Positions 41,601 to 54,626 of a stretch of 64,000 nt of DNA are shown here, piece by piece; the first letter of the stretch is position 1, and the number at the start of each line of letters is the position of its first letter. Origin of the DNA: Lytechinus pictus (Eukaryota); contig NC_087252.1 in NCBI RefSeq assembly GCF_037042905.1, positions 3,040,001 to 3,104,000 of the forward strand. The letters are read 5' to 3'. The position numbers were made by a program, and so were the translations under genes. The notes under the pieces were generated by a model, which worked only from the letters and a program-made list of their open reading frames with translations, was not told the origin of the DNA and did no database searches.

Positions 41601-43115
41601 TGTTCCGGATGCTCTGAAAATTGACAGTCAGGACTTTAAAGGACTTACATTTATTTTTCTTGGATCTCCTTGCTCTTTGTGGTGATGAAGTCCTGGGTGG
41701 TGAGTCTAAATCTTCGATTGTTCCAATCGAGATAAACGATGAAGTATCTTAACATGTGCTGAATTCACTTTGGCCATCCGGGAGATCAGAGAGAACAGCA
41801 AAGCTGTTCTGACTCTCAGAAATATATGAGTCCAGCAGGGAAGATGAAGTGATGGGTTGATCACATTTTGCGCAGAACCAGGTAACATTCCTGTTATTGA
41901 GACTGTTGTATGTGGCAGTTGACATTCCCATGCAATCTGTATGGTACCAAACATTGCACGAGTCACATGCAACAGCTGTCCTTTTCTTTGACCATCTTAC
42001 TGCCTTCGCATACACTCCACATGGATACTTTGGTGTGTACGGTCCTGGGTGGAGCTCGATGTCATGGGTGAGGAGAAGTACACTAAGATACAGAAGAACC
42101 GACTTACTACTAATTCTGCTTGCAAAAGCTACAGCATACATGTTTCTTTTTTGAAAGAAAGAGTTGGTGTTCAAACTTGAAGTCAATCCGGCAGGTAGGT
42201 TTCCCAAAGATGTAACATGGCTTCCTACGGTCAGGCTTGAGGCTGGGAACCATGTTGTCATTGGGAGCTGTTCCCAGGAAGGATGCTTGAGATGTGATTT
42301 CAAGGATTTATTTTTTGTAAGTATACAGTTCACAACAAGGACTGGGACAAGTAGAAGGGCAGCAAAGATTTTAGGGTTGCCCATGTTAACTTTAGGTGTT
42401 ATTAATATGGACCAGTCGATAAATGCATGTAGTATACTCACAAACATTAGCATACAAACAAGATATATTAGTATGTTATGTGTATATAGTCACTGTAGAT
42501 CTATACTTATCAATGGCCTGTCATCAAGCAAGTTTCATGTTGTATATATGTAGTCACATGGGTTCCACTATTCTTGCATACAATAATACAAGTGCAGGGT
42601 TCTATCCAAGTAACACAAAGCTTGTATTGTGTAGGAGGCAGGGTTTCAAAGAGTTGTAGGCTAATCCCTTGACAATGGAACAATAAGCATCTGAAGAACT
42701 GCAATGACCAGGCAGATAGTGGCTTCACACCACTGTCTGTACACCAAATATGGTGTCTGGGACCACACTGAGCCTTTGTGTAGTTAAGCAGCTTCCATGG
42801 TGAAAACTCTAAGTTGGAAATTTCCAGCTTTGGTCTTGAAAAAAAGTCTCTAAATTCACTCTGAGTCTGTGAAGTCTCTGATGACCAGTGGGCAGATCAC
42901 TAGTGAAGAATGGATGAGGAGATAATTTTGGACCCCCAAAAAGTAGAAATTAATGAGGAGCTCGCCAATGCAGCAGGCACACAGTACAGCACCCAGCAGC
43001 CAGTCGTAGTTGTTACATACACATGATACAGGAGGATGTACAATATATAATTCCACCATTTTTTGTGACGATCTGGAGCTATACGATTCAGGCAGAACAC
43101 CCCTAGTCAGTGGCC
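38639..43115 (-). mobile_element. Near-intact APE-type LINE (RTEX-like) with (GAA)n tail
   Basis: Long ORF with PHD, APE and RT; 3' end GGAAGAAGAAGAAGAAGAA at 38639-38657; 5' boundary estimated from the base-composition shift only. Confidence 0.85.
38830..42453 (-). pseudogene. LINE ORF2: 2A-like peptide, PHD finger, APE endonuclease, reverse transcriptase; one in-frame TAA at 41749-41751
   Basis: ORFs 41749-42453 and 38830-41403 share a frame and the gap translates openly (TVNFQSIRNK, GSETWL, RKDR..GYGGV); RT motifs NYRPISLTS, DFSKAFDKV, GVPQGTVLGP, MFADDC. Confidence 0.9.
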
Positions 43116-46100
43116 ACTTTTTAGAAGAAATAATTGAAATATGATTTATGACGGTAATTTGACAACGTGCTTATAAATGATTATGTATATCTTGACACCA
43201 AAATTGCTGCTCATAGTGGTTTGCGGTGGAGTCCTTTTGTATCGTAAAACCCCCATTTCTTTCAGAAAAAAAAATGTTTTTCCTTCCCACTAGATCCATT
43301 TTCTCACACGATCTAAATATTTAAGGTGTAGAAACCATTTGCAAGTAGCTAATAACATTCCTAAACTTGAAACAATGTTCGTTCGAAGCCACCGTCATAC
43401 AATTTGTCGGGCATTTGAGGGCTCATTGCTGCTGCATCTTTATTTCACTCAGACTGCTACATGACATTTCCGTGCCTGACTTCAGACCAGTAGGCCATTT
43501 ATAACATCTATAAATGAATTTGTTATACTATATTTTTTTTCGCTGCCACTGGTCGACTGAATGGCCCGTAAAACGCAGTTTACTTCTCCCGGAGAATTTT
43601 AAAAAGAATTGTTTCATGTATTTTCAAACATTTCCGTATAAGTTTTTAAGAATTTCCTTCAATTATGACTAAAAATTTCCTCGAACGGGTAAGCCTACTA
43701 GTATAAATCTGAATATATAATAAGTTCCATTTTTTTAAGGCTTTGATCATCGAACATCAAAAGCATCAGAATAATTTGTGTGGTTAATATTGATAGTTTG
43801 TTCCCATCCCAAATGAACATTTATGTTTAACTAAGACTTGAAATATTTTGTTTCTATAATCAGGTAATCAACTCATCTCTGCCGTTTTTCCAGCATAACA
43901 TTCTGTTCCACCGAGTAGGGGCGCTATAAATACAAATGGAGCACTCAGATTGACTACATCTTCTATTTTTATTGAATACTCTTGCAACTGCGGAAAAGGA
44001 GATAGTAAACATAACTAAATATGCGTTTGACTGGTTCAGATTCCTGGGAAAGCAACAACATTCTAACGGGAGAAATGTAATCAGCACTTAAATGAATCCG
44101 AATAGCACTCTATTCAAATTTTTAAATAATGATTGGGCTCAAGGTTTCGAAGCAGCTGCAAAGCTTAGGATATATTTTCAAAACCGGGTGAAGAGTACAT
44201 TTTTGGGGGTATAATTATTGTTGGTTTTGTGCTGGTTTGTCAGAGAAAGTTTCACGAATTCGGGAAATACATCATCTTCTTGATGTTTAGTATAAATTTA
44301 CAAAAAAGTGCAAAATCACCACTTTGTGGTGAATATGTTTTCAAAAAAGATAATACAATATCGCTTGCTGTTATACGGGTATTATTGATGGTTGGGATGT
44401 ATCATGTGCTTGTTAAATCCTGAAACAATTTGTCGATGATGCTGGCTTCCTAAATTCCTCCAGAGAAATTCACTTCAACAATGTATAAAAAATTGGAAGA
44501 AGCAGACTACACCATTAACAAAAGGAGACACAGAAAATTATTCACCAAAGGTGGCGCTTTAATATTTTGATGAAGGTGGGGGTGAGACATGGAGGTGTTA
44601 TTTCTATAAATATAATTATATAGGGTTATTATAGATTAACACGGCCCACCCAGATCGATCCCTCAATTTTCTAGGCTTTTTACTTTTCTCCCTCTGTCTT
44701 ACTACTTCAAAGTCATGTGCCCTGCCCCATGTAACGCTGCCACTGATCGTCTCTTCAAAATAACAGCAAGCGATATTGTATTATCTTTTTTTGGAAACGT
44801 ATCCACCACAAAGTGGTGATTTTGCACTTTTTTGTAAATGTTCACTAAACATCAAGAAGATAATGTATTTCCCGAATTTTCGAAACTTTCTCTGGCACAC
44901 CAGCACAAAACTAACAATAATTCTACAAAAAATAAATGTATTTTTCACCAGGTTTTGAAAATATATCCAAAGCTTTGCAGCTACTTCGAAACTTTGAGCC
45001 CCATCATTATTAAAAAAGGGAAGTCCCTCGTTTATTTTCCAGATTTAAGATAATACTGAAAAGGTCTCTTATCTGTAAATCATTTTCCTTATTATAGTCT
45101 TATCTGTTTATTATGTAGATGGTGTTTTAATAAAATGAAAATGTGTCTTTGTTAAGTTATTTATTTCACTGAGACCCATGTAGCAGAATACACATGAGTT
45201 TTGTTCACTATATCAGAGGTTCCTTTAAATTATTTGCCGGACTTCACTAGTGCATATTCAGACTTGTAACACTGAAAGTGTAATCGGTCGTTAGTAATTT
45301 TGACAACCCTTGAAGTATACATGAAAAACAAGGCACACGCACATACCCAGACAGCATGCTTGCAAAACACACCTACGCACACACAGCGTCCCATCCATGT
45401 AGCCTCCCACGACCCCTGCACACCCACACACACATCATAACAGACAAAACTCTCTCTCTATCTCCCTTCTAGTCAGTTTTAATATGCGTTGGCATAGTTG
45501 GTGCATGTGCAAGCGATTATGCTGAGCTGCAGGCGGGAAATTTAATCTACATAGTAAGAATGTACTATGTCGATATAAATTCTTATAACCTGGTCGCACA
45601 AGCATCGGCAAATTTTATTGTTTAAAATTAACAAACATAAATATTGCATCGATAATTATGCCGAAGAAACAGTTAACTTTAAATCGTGTTAAAAAAATAG
45701 TTTCACCTGAATACTTAAACATATGCACAAATCTTAATTACTCGGCATAGGCCTATTGTGACATTATGCGGAGACGCCGTTTCCATAGGTTATGTAGTTT
45801 ATCATCATGTGCTTGTAAATCTGTTTATTTATTTGTTCATGTATTTGTTCGTATGTACCATTAATAGAACTGCGTCAATCAAAATATAGTACAAATACCA
45901 TAATACATTATATATTTGTACGTCATAAAATTAGTACTCTTGGTACAAACCTGTAAAAAATTGTTTATTGGTACTTTGAACAATTGCAGCAGTCTATATA
46001 CTCTGCATTAAAAAAAAATCAATGCGATCAGTTTTAAATCTGCTTGAGCCTAAATTACGGCGCCCAGTAAAGATATCACTTTTTTGAAATGTTAAAGAGT

Positions 46101-46894
46101 TTCCCTTTCCCCTAACTACCTTTAACAAAATTAGGAAACATTTGAATTGGGTTTAATTACCATTTTAAAGATCCCAACACAATCAACTCGATGAGATCTG
46201 TTGAATATTTGGATCAAACTGATTAGATCAACCTAGCACATTTTTGGCTTTATCATTATTCTATTTTGTTTCCCTTTGTTTGGAAGTGATGATGAGATGG
46301 GATTAATTCCTTGAATGCACTGAGCACTGAGAGGCAGCTCGAGCTAAAGCAGGGGTAATAATGATAAACAATGCGCCTCGGAATATATTATTTTTAGATA
46401 GATGGCGCTATATAAATGCCTATTATTAGTAGTATTATTACCATGGGGTTGTCCGGTAACCAGGGATGAAATTACATCCATATTTGAAAACAAACTCATA
46501 GTTAAAAGCCATCTGCATTGCTCATCATACCGATTTTCCTAGAATTCCCATCTTTTAGCAATGATTTATTTTGTAAATAATCTATGAGGCGCGTCTCCAT
46601 CATCAGATCCTACAAAGCATTTCATGGGTCCAATTGTGTGGGGACATCATGTACAATAGCAAACCTATTATGCTTGTGCATGGGCCCATATATCTCTCTT
46701 TCATACTTGATGCTGGATACGATAGTCAAGTGGAACCCCAACAGAACCGTCAAGTCGGGTATGACTGCAACTTTTTGCTGGAAATTGTAGTATAGGGTGT
46801 CTACTCCAATATTCCGACGGGTGCCACCTGGGCACACTTGGGCATTTTGTTTTTATTGACGTCATAGGCCACGCCCACTTATCACATACCTTTA

Positions 46895-47344
46895 AAAGGG
46901 CCTAACCACTGACAAATCATTAGGAAATAGAGTCAATACGAAATTTGCAAAAGGTCAAATGACTTGCACAATATGATCCGTCCGTCATGAACGCCCGTCG
47001 GACTAATGCGATTAAAGTTCGGACAGCACAAATTTGACCGAACTCGTGATGGTTATTTACTTCGGATCATCGCAGTTCCAGTTTCCAACAATCCCAATTC
47101 CTAGACTCATAGCAGTTCTCTTGATTGCTAAACCAAAATAAATAATCTCTGTGAAGTTACATGTTTCAAAGTGAAAACACACAGTTGGTTAGTCTATTAA
47201 CTATTGCTCTCCTATAGACCTCCCAGACATGCCGGCGTCTATTACATAACACCACAGGCATGCAGCCGAGTGAAAGATCTTACACCCCTTCTCCCTTCTG
47301 AGATTAGCTTTGATTTCCCTATGATTTGTCAATGAAAGTTCGCT
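46895..47344. mobile_element. TIR element nested in an older repeat, TTAA-flanked
   Basis: CACTGACAAATCATTAGGAAAT near 46907 versus ATTTCCCTATGATTTGTCAATG near 47313-47334; the host repeat resumes on both sides. Confidence 0.55.
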
Positions 47345-48574
47345 TTAAATATGATTTTCATATTTTACGGATTTAACATGTCATGTTTGGTATCAAATTA
47401 AAGCTAATAAAAATGAAATGCAAATTTGAGGATACCTGCGCATCTAAATCACGCATAAGTCAGTTAAAAGTCATTTAAGGTCATAAAAAGGTCAAATTGC
47501 CCTACAAATGTAAGTAAGACATATAATGCGAAACATACCATGCTTTAAATACAAACAAGTTATATGCATTTTTTGGAAAAGGTTAAGTTTGAGAGTGTGC
47601 ATATTAAGAATCCGATGGATGCTACCTTGGCATCTTAAGGAATTTTAGTTACATTTCACTCAAATGTGACTTTTCTAATAGCGGTATAAACATTATGTTT
47701 GAAAACACATTGAATTAAATGTTTGAAAATATATTAAATAAATATAAAAATAAAATCCACATAGGATCCTGATATGAATCGCTACGCATTTAAAACGTGT
47801 ACAGGGCTATCAAAGGTCATTTAAGGTCATACAAGGTCAAATGTGGTCACAAATGTAAGTAATGCAACAATGTGGAATATAAATCATGTTTGGAATACAA
47901 ACAAGTTGGACATTATTTTCTATAGGTGTATTTTGGCTGAGAGTTATGTTGAGGATGTGCAGATTAAGAATCTGACGAAGGCTACTTTGGCAACCGTGGG
48001 GAACATCATTTTTTTACATTATAAACCACGCCATCCTTTTCACATATGTCAACCTCTTAATTATGACTTATCTAGTGTACAATTCAATTATATTGTGTTT
48101 GGTATCAAATTAAAGCTTATGGATAAATTGAATGTACATTTAAAGGTTAGAAAAAAATGAAGCACATGTAAAGGTGACCTTTGGGTCATTTACATGAATG
48201 AAAGGTTGATGATCGCGCGAGTTAAACAGGACTTTAAACAAAACGTTTATCATTTTGTATCAAATCATTTCATGTGATTTCAAATAATCTACACCAATTT
48301 AAAATTTTACACCATGTCCTGTTATATTCCTCTCACAACTACCCTCTGTACCATACCTCTTCGACCAGATGCTCATAGGATTCCCCTTCACCAACAATCT
48401 CAACTACATGCCTCTGCTAGAGCTGTGTTACTTCGTTTCACACTTGCAGTGTGACCTATGAAATATATGATTCGACGGCCGACCAGCAACTGCATTAATC
48501 CTTAAAAGTTATAGAACAGGGTGACGCTGACTTGTATCGACAAGGAAGTTCTTTTAATTCCTTGGTAACAACCA

Positions 48575-48870
48575 CTGTGTCATGAACAAGTACGGGTAGA
48601 CCCAGTGACCTGTTCCATGTACTATCAGCTATCTTCTGAAGATGTAATGACAGTAGAAGCATATACATTTTTTTCTCCGACGACGCTGACATTTCTGTTT
48701 TACCAGTTATCTCATTTTTGGTTTATAAGTCTTTTGAATGCTGATGGAAAAGTAATTGACATTAAAGGTATTGCATTGAAGTTTGTAGAAAAAAGCTAGC
48801 TTTGCACAGACAATTCCCTATCAGGTTGTGATACCACATTGTGTCAATTCGGCAAGTTTTCCACTCTAAA
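48575..48870 (+). mobile_element. Degraded Academ-like transposase fragment
   Basis: Broken-frame translation gives HE...LFHV...SIYIFS-DDADISVL...GKVIDIKGIALK...SLSGCDTT...GK, in the order of the HEEAD / DTDV / GCDT..GK motifs of Academ-type transposases. Confidence 0.5.
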
Positions 48871-51800
48871 CTTGCTGTTCAGATAAGATCTTAATCTATA
48901 GAGTCCGATGCAGAAGAAGTGGACTGGATCAATTTAAACTTAAATATTGATATAATTTCAATTATCATTACGCCTCACACACTCCTTGTAAATATTTGTA
49001 AATAGTTGTGGAACATAATGATTTGTTATTTTTTTTTTTTTTTTTTTTTTTTCTTTCCCCTCTTTGTGTAATCGTTAGTTTTGACTTTTCAGTATTGTTT
49101 TTATATTCATGTATGTATTTCATATATCCAAAGGTCTGACAACAGCTCAAGCATCTGCTTATTTTGTCATACCACTGCATGTCTGCAACCTTGTTATAAT
49201 CATTTAGGTTAATGTTATGTTAATCATCATAATCATACATTAGTATTATGTAAAATTTAATGTAATCAATTTTGTGATGGTCACACTATGTACATTGTCA
49301 TGACATGCAGAAAAAAAAAAATAATAAATAAAAATTAAATGTGTAATACTCATACTTTTCTTCTTAACTAATATAACAAATTACGGTCTTTCTAAAATTA
49401 CTCAGCACTACTTCACATTATTTAGCAAGAAGACATATGCTTCAAAGGTCATGAGCCTACCCCCCACTGACAAGTCAGCAAAAGAGCATGATTATCAATG
49501 GTGCTCTTCATCAGGAACTTTATCTGGAGAGTAACTGATCCAAATGACTCCCCTGCAACTTGCCTCCCATGTATGGATGGGAAGTATAGGTTGGGAGGGC
49601 TCTCCTGTACTCCCAAGGAATTATCAGAACTTGCTCCATGTGGATTTGAATCGGGATCATGTACCATGCTCTAGGCTAAGCATTTGCCACTTATCATGTA
49701 TCGAATGTAAAAAGTATAATTCTAAATACAAGGAAAACTGAACATGCAGTTGAGACTTCAGAGGAGGAAATCAGTCTGGAAGATGAACGAGAGAACAAAA
49801 TGTAGTGAAGTTAGGATTATGTAAAATGTCACATTTTTCTAATTGGATACTTGTCTAAGAATGTGAATTGTGTTGTAGAAGTTATTTTTTTAGGTGTATT
49901 GGCTTATGTGAAAAGTGGGCGTGGTTCGTGACGTCAGAAAATGAAAATTGCCACAGGGTGAGGAGGTAGAACCCGTCACATCCTTAATATACACACCCTC
50001 AACCAAACATGAGATATTCCACATTATATGTTGCATTAATTACATTTGTGGCACAATTTGACCTTTTCTAACCTTAAATTACCTTTAATTGCCCTGGAAA
50101 AAAAGTTTTAAATGCCTATAGTGATGCATGTATGTGGATTTTATTTTGAATTTGATTTGATTCGATATCAAACATGATAAGTTTATTCCGCTAAATATTT
50201 ATAAGGAATGTAAAAAAGCTGGTGTGGTTTATGACCTCACAAAAAAATTACTCTAGATGCCAAAGTACCACCGGTCGGATTCTTAATATGCACACCCTCA
50301 GCTTAACCTTTGCCAATAAATTCACATGATATTCAACTTGTTTGTGTTTAAAACTTGATATGTTCCACATCATATGTATTACTTACATTTGAAAGGAAGT
50401 TTGAGCTTTCATGAATTTAAATGACCTTTAAGTGACCTATGCGTGATTTAAATGTCCATTCATCCAAAAATTCACATTAGATTTTCTATTAGCTTTAATT
50501 TAATACCAAACATGACATGTTTATTCCTTAAAATTTGAAATTCATATTTAAGAGGTATGTGAAAAAGTGGGCGTGGCCTATGACGTCAATAAAAAAGGAA
50601 TGCCCAAGGGTGCCAAGGTGGCACCCATCGGACTCTTAAATTAGACATCCCCATACCACAACTTCTAGCAAAGAAATCGCAGTCATACCCAATTTGACGG
50701 TCATGCAATAATTTTGATCATATCTACCCGACTATGATCACTATAGTGGGAAATGTATTATCCCTGAAACACAAAAATAAACTGAATGAAATTAAACAAA
50801 CTATATATAACTAACGTAAAAATAAAACAGACCATTGTCAGACTATCTTTTCTCGGGTTCCTTTATTTATTTTGCAATGATTTGTGCTTTCCTGACATAT
50901 ATTGGGGAACCTTTTGAGTGACTTTGGGTAAGGAGTGGAAAAGGATTTAACACATCAAATGAAACATTTATACAAACTTCAAAACCTTCAAGGCTATGAA
51001 GAGTTTTTGGTTTTGTTTTTGTTTTTTAATCATTGATACTTTCAAGCATTATCTATTTCTAGAAAGTGAAACATGTCACCCCTTCAAGAGGAGATGTAAA
51101 GAGGTCAACCAAGCACTTCATTTAAGTGAAGTGTATATGTTTAAGGCAAGAATCGTCACAATGGAACATGTCATATTTTGCTTCAGGGAAAGGAATCCCT
51201 GAAACTTAATGTTCATCTCAAAGTTCAAGTATGACTTCCACCCCCCATTTTTCGGGGAAGGGGGGGGGGGTATTCATGGTATTGGAATGCATGTTAAGTG
51301 ACATTCATTTTCTCACTTAATTGTGTGCTATGCATTCTGATATAACCTGAGAACACTCAGATTCATTACCTCAAATCAAGTTTGTGATCTGTTTGTGAAG
51401 TATTAAGAGTGGTGTGCCATATTTTCTTGGAAATGTGAAAAAAAAAATGTGCAAGTAAATATAAACTGAAATTATTGACCCCCTATGGGCCCCTAACTAG
51501 AAAAAAAATAACAACAAACACATAAATAGAATAAAATTAGCACTTCATACAGAGGAATACGATTGATTACATTTTGTTTCCATAAGACTGCATCATAATT
51601 GTTCATCATTACACACACCGTTAAAAAACCCTGATTTTACAGAAAAACAAGATTTTGCGGAAAGCAGTAACACAATCATTCTGTAAATTCATAAAACGTT
51701 TTTTTTTCTTCAATTTAACAGAACAGGTCTGTTTAAAAAGGGGAAAATGGTGTTTTATTAAGGACATTTGTAAGGTTCCATACACCAAATACCAATTTCC

Positions 51801-52671
51801 TGTAATTTTACATGATATAATGTAAGATTACGCAATCTGGTAAGATTACAGGAGTTATCGAGACTGCTGCAGGAACTTCTTTTATTTTAAGGATACATTT
51901 TCTAACAGTGCATAATATTAGCTGCGTACTAATGCTCTTATCTGTGGAGTGGTATCAGTTTTTTTAATATGTGTGAGTCTTACAATTATACTGATGCCTA
52001 AGTGTGCAATTGATATACGTTGATATATTACAATAAATGTATGTGCATTGATCGTGGATTTGACTAGCCCTACATTATATACATAAATCACTATATCATT
52101 ATCACGCCTGACCCGTTCACCGATGAGAGTATGTTACATCTGGTACTGATAAGTAGATTAAACTTTCTTTCTAGGAAATATATTAAATCATGCATTTCTT
52201 TTCCGAAGTATCTCAAAACTATTCCACGCTTAAATTGTAAGTTGTCCCTCGAATGCAGTGTAAAGTCTTGGACTATGCAATAATTCATATACATCATTAA
52301 ACGCATTTACTATTTTTTATAGCTTTTTATTCATTTTTTTCACTCATCGAGAGAGAGTTTTAGGAAGACAAATGGCTATCATGACCAGGAGTCAATCTTG
52401 ATATCTAAAAAAAAAAAAGATTTCAAAAATATATAATATTTATTTTGTCAAGTCAAAGTTGATTATGTAATAAAATCTTGATTACAAAATAGATTGCCAA
52501 GTTATGTTTAATTTGTCTTACGTCATCAGACATATTTTAATGTATTTTAATGTATGTTCCCTAACAATACTATTTCACTTTTTTGTAATATGATCACAGC
52601 TTCCCTAAAAGATATTTTTATAAAATAATGGTAACTATTACAATTACCCTGACCAATCATATGGAAGTAAA

Positions 52672-53016
52672 TCATAAATATGTGGTGATCACCGAATCAG
52701 GACTTTCTAACGCAATTCCTTGCTGGGGAAGAAATGTTCTAGGGCCTGAACAGGATATGTATCCCCCGTCACAGGAATCCAACTTTTGTTGAAGTATGGC
52801 ATCTGAAGTTGAACCCCCTTTCAGCGATGAAGCCCATGCTAATTGTGTCGGATGTAAAGAAGAAGGGTTACCAGGTGGACTGGCTTGATGATTGGGTGGA
52901 ACACCTGTGTGAGACATTGGCTTCATCTCCATGTATTCGTGAGCATCCTGGATGAGTTGCTTTGGAACTACATCACTTCGGGATAAAACGGGATCTCCAC
53001 CAACACCAGGTTTGGT
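52672..53016 (-). CDS. Ig receptor gene B, last exon (cytoplasmic tail)
   Basis: ctgtAG acceptor; 345 nt; TKPGVGGDP...DAHEYMEMKP...DGGYISC...SVITTYL*. Confidence 0.85.
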   Translation of the reverse strand, partial: TKPGVGGDPVLSRSDVVPKQLIQDAHEYMEMKPMSHTGVPPNHQASPPGNPSSLHPTQLAWASSLKGGSTSDAILQQKLDSCDGGYISCSGPRTFLPQQGIALESPDSVITTYL

Positions 53017-53503
53017 CTACAGTTGGGAAAAATGTATGAGATAGGAATATTTACTGATTAACACCTTTAAATGTTGACCTGGAATTCTAATATACCATAA
53101 CCAATATGCTCTTGCCAATAATTAAGAAACAATCAAGTTGTTCGCGTGGCTGGAGATAATCTAATGGGCCTCTTATCTCCAATAAGTTTCGATTTACATC
53201 AATTTAATCGTTGTAGATGCACAATGTATAAAATAATGTCATGAAGTGATACGATACTAATATATCTACTTAGAATGTATAATCCGTTACATGTATATTA
53301 AAAAATGGCATAGAAATTTGAGCATGATGATGATCAGCATTTGTTTATATATTTTTATTATAAATGTTGCTTTTTCTCGTCAACAATATCACACGAAATA
53401 GTATTCTCGAACGGGATCTATTGAAATATATATTCAGTTTTACTTAAAAATTCGGTTTTAAAAAATTGAACAAGATTGGATTGGTATTGCCAATTATATT
53501 TAC

Positions 53504-53595
53504 CATGGTGGAATTCACATAAAGAGGCTCGTGGTTCGAGTATTTCTGGTGCATTGCGGTCACTGACACTCCATGTGCCATGTCAGCGACCCATG
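53504..53595 (-). CDS. Ig receptor gene B, membrane-proximal cytoplasmic exon
   Basis: ttttgtAG acceptor, GTAAAT donor; 92 nt, phase 1/0; AWVADMAHGVSVTAMHQKYSNHEPLYVNSTM. Confidence 0.8.
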
Positions 53596-54405
53596 CTACA
53601 AAAGCAAATTTGAAAATGAAAGAAATTTAGGGAGATTTCATATAAAAAACGGATATTGTATTGTCTGTTTTGATTACATGTACATGTATTGTCTGCGAAG
53701 AAATGGGTAATCAACGCGGGAAAATAATTGGAAAGAGAGGCACTTTTAATATTCTGACATTATGGTTAGATATCGAACACTATAGCGAATCGCTATTAAT
53801 TATTACTATAATTATGTTATTTTGGCAAAGAAGGGTATACTAAATTTGTGCAATGAAACATAAAACATAATGAATAGAGAATGGATTGAGCACCCACTGG
53901 ACTGACTGGGTCAAATAAAGTTAACTGATGTATTAATGGATAGTGAAATAATAAATCTAGACAACGGATACACTGAGAATCACCAAAAGATCGCCAACAA
54001 AGAAAAAAATCAATGAAAATGGCAAATTACTAATTGCTAATTTCAAAGTCATCTGGCGCATATTCTACAAATAAAACCAGTTTTGTTCCCTTCTAATCTC
54101 TCATTGTAAATTGCGTTATTTGTAAATACATTAATGAAGCAGTTGCGATGAATTATACAAATATCTTGGATATGGTTATAGCTATAAAATAGCCTTGTAA
54201 TCAGCATATTCATATACAATTCACTTAGACATGACAGACTACAGCAAATATCACCATCCTTTGGTCCTTAGAAAAGACCAGTTCATACATATTTTCATAC
54301 ATATCAGATTTACTTTTTCTGTGTCATTAATAATCAAACAACTTTAACGAATTTGATATTACATTGATATTTCTTGATTAAATTATTGAACAGAAAAACA
54401 ATCAC

Positions 54406-54525
54406 CTCTATCTGTGTTATGTTGTAAGCACTTGTACGAAACTGTTACTGCAACTAGGCCCAGAATCATTGCACCTAATGACCCTCCCAAGATGTATATA
54501 ACTATATGAAGCAGAGCACAGTTGT
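54406..54525 (-). CDS. Ig receptor gene B, transmembrane exon
   Basis: gattctAG acceptor, GTGATT donor; 120 nt, phase 1/1; DNCALLHIVIYILGGSLGAMILGLVAVTVSYKCLQHNTDR. Confidence 0.82.
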
Positions 54526-54626
54526 CTAGAATCAAAACATAAAATTACATGTTATTTCTTCTGACAATTATGAATATTAAGTCTTCCCAAAATTGCAAGC
54601 GAGTCAAGCCAAATATATGTCTTTCC

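Larger units (their letters stand above)
43590..53575. repeat. Segmental duplication, copy B
   Basis: Colinear with 4070-15008; lacks the 5.2-kb foldback element and carries about 4.1 kb extra at 46006-50111. Confidence 0.92.

Noticed and set aside
42454..43115. ORF1 of the RTEX-like LINE
   Set aside because: Only short ORFs with no recognisable domain; cannot be supported by eye.
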